Origin: a virus
Lineage: Duplodnaviria > Heunggongvirae > Uroviricota > Caudoviricetes
Reading direction: 5' to 3' (one strand)
IMG/VR virus record: IMGVR_UViG_3300044451_000174
Location: 1-10,721 of that record
Length of the DNA: 10,721 nucleotides
Shown one piece after another: positions 6,527 through 10,721 of this stretch (the first letter of the stretch is position 1; every line of letters begins with the position of its first letter). The notes under the pieces are model-generated. The model did no database searches. It had not been told where the DNA came from and saw nothing but the letters and a program-made list of their open reading frames with translations. The translations under genes and the position numbers were made by a program.

Positions 6527-6550
6527 ATGTACACTTCCGGCTTCATATGA
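6527..6550 (+). CDS. candidate mini-ORF MYTSGFI
   Basis: GGAG at 6517-6520, 6 nt before the ATG; same ending as 6419-6448. Confidence 0.35.
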   Translation: MYTSGFI

Positions 6551-6616
6551 CGCAGCGGCTTCAGCGTAGCCGTGGACACGCCGAACGGGGTGCCTGACCA
6601 CGGAACCAACCTTGCG

Positions 6617-6644
6617 TTGTGCGGCGGATTCACCGCACAATTTT
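6617..6644 (+). terminator. possible intrinsic terminator
   Basis: ttgtgcgg-cggattca-ccgcacaa followed by tttt. Confidence 0.5.
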
Positions 6645-6671
6645 GGAGACAAGAAGACGAACGACGTGTAG
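6636..6671 (+). promoter_or_regulatory. intergenic repeat element, copy 9 (degenerate)
   Basis: cacaattttggagac-N16-tgtag; spacing identical to copies 1-8. Confidence 0.7.
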
Positions 6672-6754
6672 AGGCGGGGTCCGGCAGCAGGGTCTGTCGG
6701 GGTAACGGCAGGTACGCCCGCCGCCCCGCCTCTACTTCTCAACCGAAGGTGATC

Positions 6755-7273
6755 ATGGTCAGCCTCAACGACATCGTCAGCATCCCGGCCAGCAGCCGCT
6801 ACGCGGTCGTCATCGGCTTCATCGAACACGGCCGGCGCAAGCTCGCCAAACTCCACTACATCGACCCGAAGACGGGCGACAAGATGGAATGCCCGGACCA
6901 TCGGTGCAACGGCCAGAACGACGCCTGCCCGATCCACGGCCGCAACGTCGATACCTGCGAACTCGAACCGTGGCGTGAGACGGACATCAACTACTACGCC
7001 GCCACCGGGATGCTGACGGCCGAACTCGCTCGGAAGGCGCTCGCCCCGGAGATCGAAATCAGCCGGGTGAACACCTACAAGTACCGGGTTCGCCTCGCGA
7101 AGCACGGCGAGAACATCCGCATCGCCACCGTGACCAGCGAGAACAACAACGACCTCTGGCAAGACGCCATCGCCCTGACCAACGACACCGACCGCATGAC
7201 GACCAAGCTGACCGACCCGGACAACGGCGACTACCAGAACTTCCTCGCCCTGTTCCAACCCGCTACCGTCTGA
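6755..7273 (+). CDS. hypothetical protein (172 aa) with a Cys/His cluster (CPDHRC...CPIH...C)
   Basis: GAAGGT RBS before ATG 6755; sequence upstream of this in the same frame lacks the typical codon usage. Confidence 0.8.
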   Translation: MVSLNDIVSIPASSRYAVVIGFIEHGRRKLAKLHYIDPKTGDKMECPDHRCNGQNDACPIHGRNVDTCELEPWRETDINYYAATGMLTAELARKALAPEIEISRVNTYKYRVRLAKHGENIRIATVTSENNNDLWQDAIALTNDTDRMTTKLTDPDNGDYQNFLALFQPATV

Positions 7274-7400
7274 AATCGCATAGGATCGCTTCCAAGCCCG
7301 GATCGGCGACCCATCGCCCTTCCGGGCTTCTTTCGTTTCAACGCCCTTCTAGGGCTGTGCAAGGAGATCGCAATGGACATCAACGAAGCTAAGGCGAACG
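7274..7400 (+). repeat. 127-bp exact direct repeat, copy B
   Basis: Identical to 6140-6266; begins right after TGA 7271-7273. Confidence 0.97.
7294..7339 (+). terminator. probable intrinsic terminator (in repeat copy B)
   Basis: Same hairpin and T tract as 6160-6205, here about 20 nt after a stop codon. Confidence 0.65.
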
Positions 7401-7714
7401 GGAAGACCAACCTTCCCCACCTCGCCGCACGAACCGCCGACCTAGCGCAGCGACTGCCCAAGCTCAAAGCCTCGCAGCTAGACGAAGTGGAACGCATGTT
7501 CGACACGCTTGTGCTGGCTGACAGCAACGCCGAGGATCTCGCTACCGAACTGCCCGGTCCTTTCGGCATCGAGGACCACGACACACGCTACCTACACTCG
7601 CTCAGGGATCAGAAGGACAGCGGCCGACCACTCACCAAGCAGCAGCTACTATCACTCAAGGTCGTACTACAGAGCGAGCGATACATGCGCCAGTTAGCAT
7701 TGCTGATGCAATGA
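7373..7714 (+). CDS. hypothetical protein (113 aa, starts MDINEAKAN)
   Basis: ORF track; AAGGAG RBS supplied by repeat copy B. Confidence 0.75.
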   Translation: MDINEAKANGKTNLPHLAARTADLAQRLPKLKASQLDEVERMFDTLVLADSNAEDLATELPGPFGIEDHDTRYLHSLRDQKDSGRPLTKQQLLSLKVVLQSERYMRQLALLMQ

Positions 7715-7727
7715 CAACAGTTGGATA

Positions 7728-7763
7728 GTATCCACCACACACTACTATGTGTGTGGTGGATAC
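7728..7763. repeat. perfect 15-6-15 palindrome
   Basis: gtatccaccacacac-tactat-gtgtgtggtggatac. Confidence 0.95.
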
Positions 7764-8044
7764 AAAGGTACAACGCTATGAACAGGACGCTGTAACATTT
7801 TAATGAATGTCGAAATTCAAAAGCAAAAAGTCTGACGATGGTTCCCGTTCGGGGGCGGTCCCCATACCTCTACGGCCTTGTTTTCTTATTAGCGTGTCAC
7901 AAAAAAATCCCGCCCAGGTTTTTCGGCCCCCGGCGTCAGGGTCGAACCTTTTGGAAACAAGAGCCGCGAAAAAATCCCGCCGACCAGCATAACGCAATTC
8001 TCCAGGGTTTTCACGATAGAATATCTGAACTCTGGGGGCGTTAA

Positions 8045-8482
8045 ATGATCTGCACCAAATGCAAAGAAGACAAAGGCGACGAACACTTCTATCGCGGGAA
8101 GAAACACAATGGCAGACGATGCAAGAAATGCCGAAGGCTAGAAAATGTCGCTTGGCTAAACAAGCTGTCTAGCAAGAGGGCTTACGTCAGTTACGTCCAC
8201 TCCAAAAAACGCGCCGAGAAAAAGCATCTCGATTTCGATTTAAGCATTGAATTTCTGGAGAACCTACTTCGGATTCAAAATGATTGCTGTGCTTTGTCGA
8301 AGATTCCTTTTTCCGATGCAGCACCCTTCGTGGCGAGCCTGGACAGAATAGACAACAGCAAAGGCTACTTGCGAGAAAACGTCCGCTACATTCTTTATGC
8401 GTTAAACACTGCCATCTCGAATCACGGGCTTGAAACTTACCTTCAAATCGCCGACGCAGTAAAAAGCAATTTGTCGAAATGA
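8045..8482 (+). CDS. HNH/His-Me finger endonuclease-like protein with N-terminal Zn ribbon (probable free-standing homing endonuclease)
   Basis: CxxC...CxxC N-terminus and SLDRIDNSKGY...NV...N motif; GC is clearly lower than in the flanking genes. Confidence 0.75.
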   Translation: MICTKCKEDKGDEHFYRGKKHNGRRCKKCRRLENVAWLNKLSSKRAYVSYVHSKKRAEKKHLDFDLSIEFLENLLRIQNDCCALSKIPFSDAAPFVASLDRIDNSKGYLRENVRYILYALNTAISNHGLETYLQIADAVKSNLSK

Positions 8483-8519
8483 ATTTGGCCCTCGCCCCAG
8501 GTGCGGCTATTATTTTCAC

Positions 8520-8645
8520 ATGAACCCACTCTTTGCTCAACGCAACAATCCGTTTCAGGGCTGCGGCTGCAACTGTGCGATCATGGTTGCTGTCGGCCTT
8601 TTGACTTTGATCGGTGCGGGTGTCGCAATCGCGATGTGTTTCTGA
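8520..8645 (+). CDS. small predicted membrane protein (41 aa)
   Basis: MNPLFAQRNNPFQGCGCNCAIMVAVGLLTLIGAGVAIAMCF; fills the gap between genes and has a hydrophobic C-terminal stretch. Confidence 0.5.
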   Translation: MNPLFAQRNNPFQGCGCNCAIMVAVGLLTLIGAGVAIAMCF

Positions 8646-8655
8646 GGACTTCAAG

Positions 8656-9096
8656 ATGAACGATTCTGAGATCTTGGCGTTCGTCCGGCGGGTGTTGGCG
8701 GTTTACGACGGTTTCGACGGCCCGGACGGGAGCGAGTTGTGGTGGCGGGTGGACGGCGAGTACGCGCCGGTGACGATGTTCGCGATGTGCAACGACCTCT
8801 TCTATTGGGGGAGTGCGGATCTGGAGAAGATTACCCCTGAGAACGTGGCGGAACTGGAGCGAGCGGTAGAGGACTGCAAGAAGGTTGACGACGTGGTGGG
8901 TGTGTGTGACGCGACGAGTCTGTTCTGCTGCCGGGTGAGGAAGATGAGGCCGCAGGGTGCGGCGTATCCGAAAGACCCGAAGTTCTGGCCGTTGTTCGAT
9001 GAGTGCGGGCCGGAACGCGAGGTGGGGTTGGGGAATCCGAGGAAGCATCCGAAGGAAGAAAATGAACCAGTGGTTACAGAAGAAGTGGTTGCGTGA
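8656..9096 (+). CDS. phage-type hypothetical protein (CNDLFxWG...RVRKMRPQGAAY motifs)
   Basis: GAGG RBS before ATG 8656; motifs recalled from uncharacterised phage proteins. Confidence 0.85.
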   Translation: MNDSEILAFVRRVLAVYDGFDGPDGSELWWRVDGEYAPVTMFAMCNDLFYWGSADLEKITPENVAELERAVEDCKKVDDVVGVCDATSLFCCRVRKMRPQGAAYPKDPKFWPLFDECGPEREVGLGNPRKHPKEENEPVVTEEVVA

Positions 9097-9436
9097 GGCG
9101 GAAACGTACAAAGGCGTTTGGCACAACGACGCCGTAGTTTTCCCGATTGGAACACTACTCAAGGACTTGAAGTCACGGTTGACTGTTAGTTTTTGGGTAG
9201 ACAGCGGTAGCGGCGAGCGTGCGTTCATCAAGGCCGTTTACCCCTTTGAGGAGGTGATCTCTCACCCTTGTGCCGTGGCGACCATGATAGACGGGTTCAG
9301 CATCTGGCTGGACGGCATGACGGAAGTCATGTGGCAGAGCTTGGGAGGCCAGGGCATCCTCGTGCCTGCTGGCGGTTCCCTCGAAATCAGGACGAACTCG
9401 ATACACTTGTCGTTGCTCCCGCCCTCTTCGTCTTAA
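9062..9436 (+). CDS. hypothetical protein (124 aa)
   Basis: ATG 9062 after AAGGAAG; 35-nt overlap with the upstream gene. Confidence 0.6.
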   Translation: MNQWLQKKWLREAETYKGVWHNDAVVFPIGTLLKDLKSRLTVSFWVDSGSGERAFIKAVYPFEEVISHPCAVATMIDGFSIWLDGMTEVMWQSLGGQGILVPAGGSLEIRTNSIHLSLLPPSSS

Positions 9437-9489
9437 CGGCTACCGCTACAATGAAGGCCAGACGTGAAGAAACGTCTGGCCTTCATTGT

Positions 9490-10200
9490 TTACCATTGCC
9501 CGATTACTTCGAGCATTTTGACGGTCACTTCGATTTTCTTGGCGCGGCTTGCTCCCGAAGGTAACTCGGTAGTCAACGACGGTATGCCTTCTTTGAGCAG
9601 TTGATCTTCGAGCGTGTCGAGAGAGGTCTGTTTGCAGGAGACGACTCCGTTTCTGCTCCCGCTGCAACGGTTCTTGAAGGGTCCGTCATTCAATTTGCCC
9701 TTGTGGACCGGGAACTCCTTCTGTATTTCCCCGACCAGTTTTTTCGCCAGCGGCAGGAGGTCACACTTTTTGCCGCTGGACTGGCAGTAGATGAAGGCGG
9801 TTTTGTAATCGACCTCGTGCAAACTGACGACGAAATCGGGTTCGTGTTTCAAAACACGCTTCCAGACCGCTTCGGATTCTTTGGTTTGCTTTTTGGGGTG
9901 GAAGTGCCGGTTAATGTCGCGTCGGTCGGCGTTGGTCCGAACCCCTTTGTCGAACCCGTGTGCGTTCGCGCAGGGTATGAAGATCAGGTGGTTTTTGGGA
10001 TCGGGCTTGCCCCGTGCGTAGGCCACGACCCCACGCGGACCCGACTCCTCGTCGCCGTGAACGCCGCCGACGATTAGTATTTTCTTGCGGCCGGCGGGGT
10101 TGATCTGGAACTCGTGAATGCCGCCGATGTCTTCCGCACCCGCATCCCCCAGGTCGCTGATCAGGTCTTGGTAGTTGAAGAATTCTCGGAAACCGTTCAT
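9490..10200 (-). CDS. M14-family zinc metallopeptidase (succinylglutamate desuccinylase/aspartoacylase or MpaA-like)
   Basis: GGVHGDE (HxxE zinc ligands), NxxG, DINR, SLHE (third ligand) and TTELP (catalytic Glu) occur in canonical order. Confidence 0.85.
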   Translation of the reverse strand: MNGFREFFNYQDLISDLGDAGAEDIGGIHEFQINPAGRKKILIVGGVHGDEESGPRGVVAYARGKPDPKNHLIFIPCANAHGFDKGVRTNADRRDINRHFHPKKQTKESEAVWKRVLKHEPDFVVSLHEVDYKTAFIYCQSSGKKCDLLPLAKKLVGEIQKEFPVHKGKLNDGPFKNRCSGSRNGVVSCKQTSLDTLEDQLLKEGIPSLTTELPSGASRAKKIEVTVKMLEVIGQW

Positions 10201-10222
10201 GCAATATCTATCTGTGCCGCCC

Positions 10223-10231
10223 TGGTATAAT
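10223..10231 (+). promoter_or_regulatory. sigma70 extended -10 promoter
   Basis: TGGTATAAT matches TGnTATAAT exactly, about 40 nt upstream of ATG 10269 in a divergent intergenic gap. Confidence 0.65.
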
Positions 10232-10268
10232 TAGTTGCCGTTGAACTTTTACCACGGGTGGGAACGCA

Positions 10269-10463
10269 ATGGACAAGATTCTCGACATGATCGCGCACTG
10301 GAGTCCGTTGGGTCAGGGATTCTTTTTCTTCTTGATCTTGATCTTGGTTTTCGCTACGTTCAACAACGTCTGTCGTTTGGGTGTCGTGTTGATGCGGGGC
10401 TGGCCCGCGTGCAACTGTCAACTCCCGATGGCGGAAGAAGAGGACAAACCATGTTCGCAATGA
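10269..10463 (+). CDS. small membrane protein (64 aa)
   Basis: ORF track; hydrophobic segment GFFFFLILILVFATF. Confidence 0.7.
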   Translation: MDKILDMIAHWSPLGQGFFFFLILILVFATFNNVCRLGVVLMRGWPACNCQLPMAEEEDKPCSQ

Positions 10464-10721
10464 TCCTGTCGGTGGCGTTGGGGGTCGGGGCCGGCGAAGA
10501 GGCGAAGCCGGTCGAGGGCGTTCTGGAGACGATCCAGTTCATGCCGGCCGGCAACCGCCCGTGGTTCGTCAAGATCACGCTCGAAAAGAGCAAAGACGTT
10601 TACAACATCAGCAGCGCGAAGATCAAGCTCGACGGGAAGAAAATCACGACGACCGAGTTCGTGAAGTGGCTGACCGAGAACGAGCAGCCGAAGGTGAAGA
10701 TCTACTTCGACGGCTACCTCG
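10451..10721 (+). CDS. 5' part of a secreted hypothetical protein (runs off the window)
   Basis: GAGGA RBS before ATG 10451; MFAMILSVALGVGAG resembles a signal peptide; frame is open to the window end. Confidence 0.75.
   Translation, partial: MFAMILSVALGVGAGEEAKPVEGVLETIQFMPAGNRPWFVKITLEKSKDVYNISSAKIKLDGKKITTTEFVKWLTENEQPKVKIYFDGYL

Noticed and set aside
720-6671. CRISPR array
   Set aside because: The intervals are 0.4-1.1 kb, variable in length and protein-coding; the repeats are divergent; no cas genes are present.
6371-6735. tRNA, tmRNA or a known ribozyme/riboswitch
   Set aside because: No cloverleaf or T-loop motif, no tmRNA-like tag or ends, and no hammerhead core were found. Left as an unassigned structured region.
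420-7258. Long minus-strand ORFs (for example 769-1566, 1582-2643, 2504-3412, 3463-4365, 5244-5891, 6494-7258)
   Set aside because: These are antisense shadows of GC-rich plus-strand genes. They cross the intergenic elements and lack RBSs and recognisable motifs.
6140-7400. IS element or transposon with terminal repeats
   Set aside because: The repeats are direct, 127 bp long and include a gene start; no transposase-like ORF or terminal inverted repeats lie between them.
7993-8030. Tenth copy of the element (cgcaattc...)
   Set aside because: Only the first 7 nt match; there is no GGAGAC or TGTAG at the required positions.
9601-10077. Plus-strand 158-aa ORF
   Set aside because: It lies antisense to the well-supported M14 peptidase and has no motif or RBS support.
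10269-10721. Host assignment to Planctomycetota from the style of the membrane and secreted proteins
   Set aside because: This is an impression only; no marker in the window supports a taxonomic call.

Overview
The window looks like an accessory (early or hyperplastic) region of a large bacteriophage with a GC-rich host. This is inferred from about 30 short, tightly packed, mostly + strand ORFs with ATGA/GTGA overlaps; no capsid, terminase or integrase gene is visible. From 720 to about 6670 the genes are split into 0.4-1.1 kb modules by nine copies of a ~48-bp intergenic element, CGCAA-N4-G(G/A)AGAC-N16-T(G/T)TAG. Its spacing is invariant, and eight copies lie just after a stop codon and just before an RBS and ATG. 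Five copies fold into a 12-16 bp hairpin with compensatory and G-U substitutions. Next come an exact 127-bp direct repeat (terminator, RBS and first 9 codons) flanking a 1.1-kb module, and a hairpin-rich stretch with two RBS-led mini-ORFs ending Y-x-x-G-F-I. A perfect 15-6-15 palindrome marks the start of an AT-richer zone containing a free-standing HNH-type endonuclease. A minus-strand M14 zinc peptidase follows. Three apparent single-base frameshifts (about 1760, 2470-2500 and 2823) may be sequencing errors. Protein calls rest on motifs recognised by eye; no database search was run.
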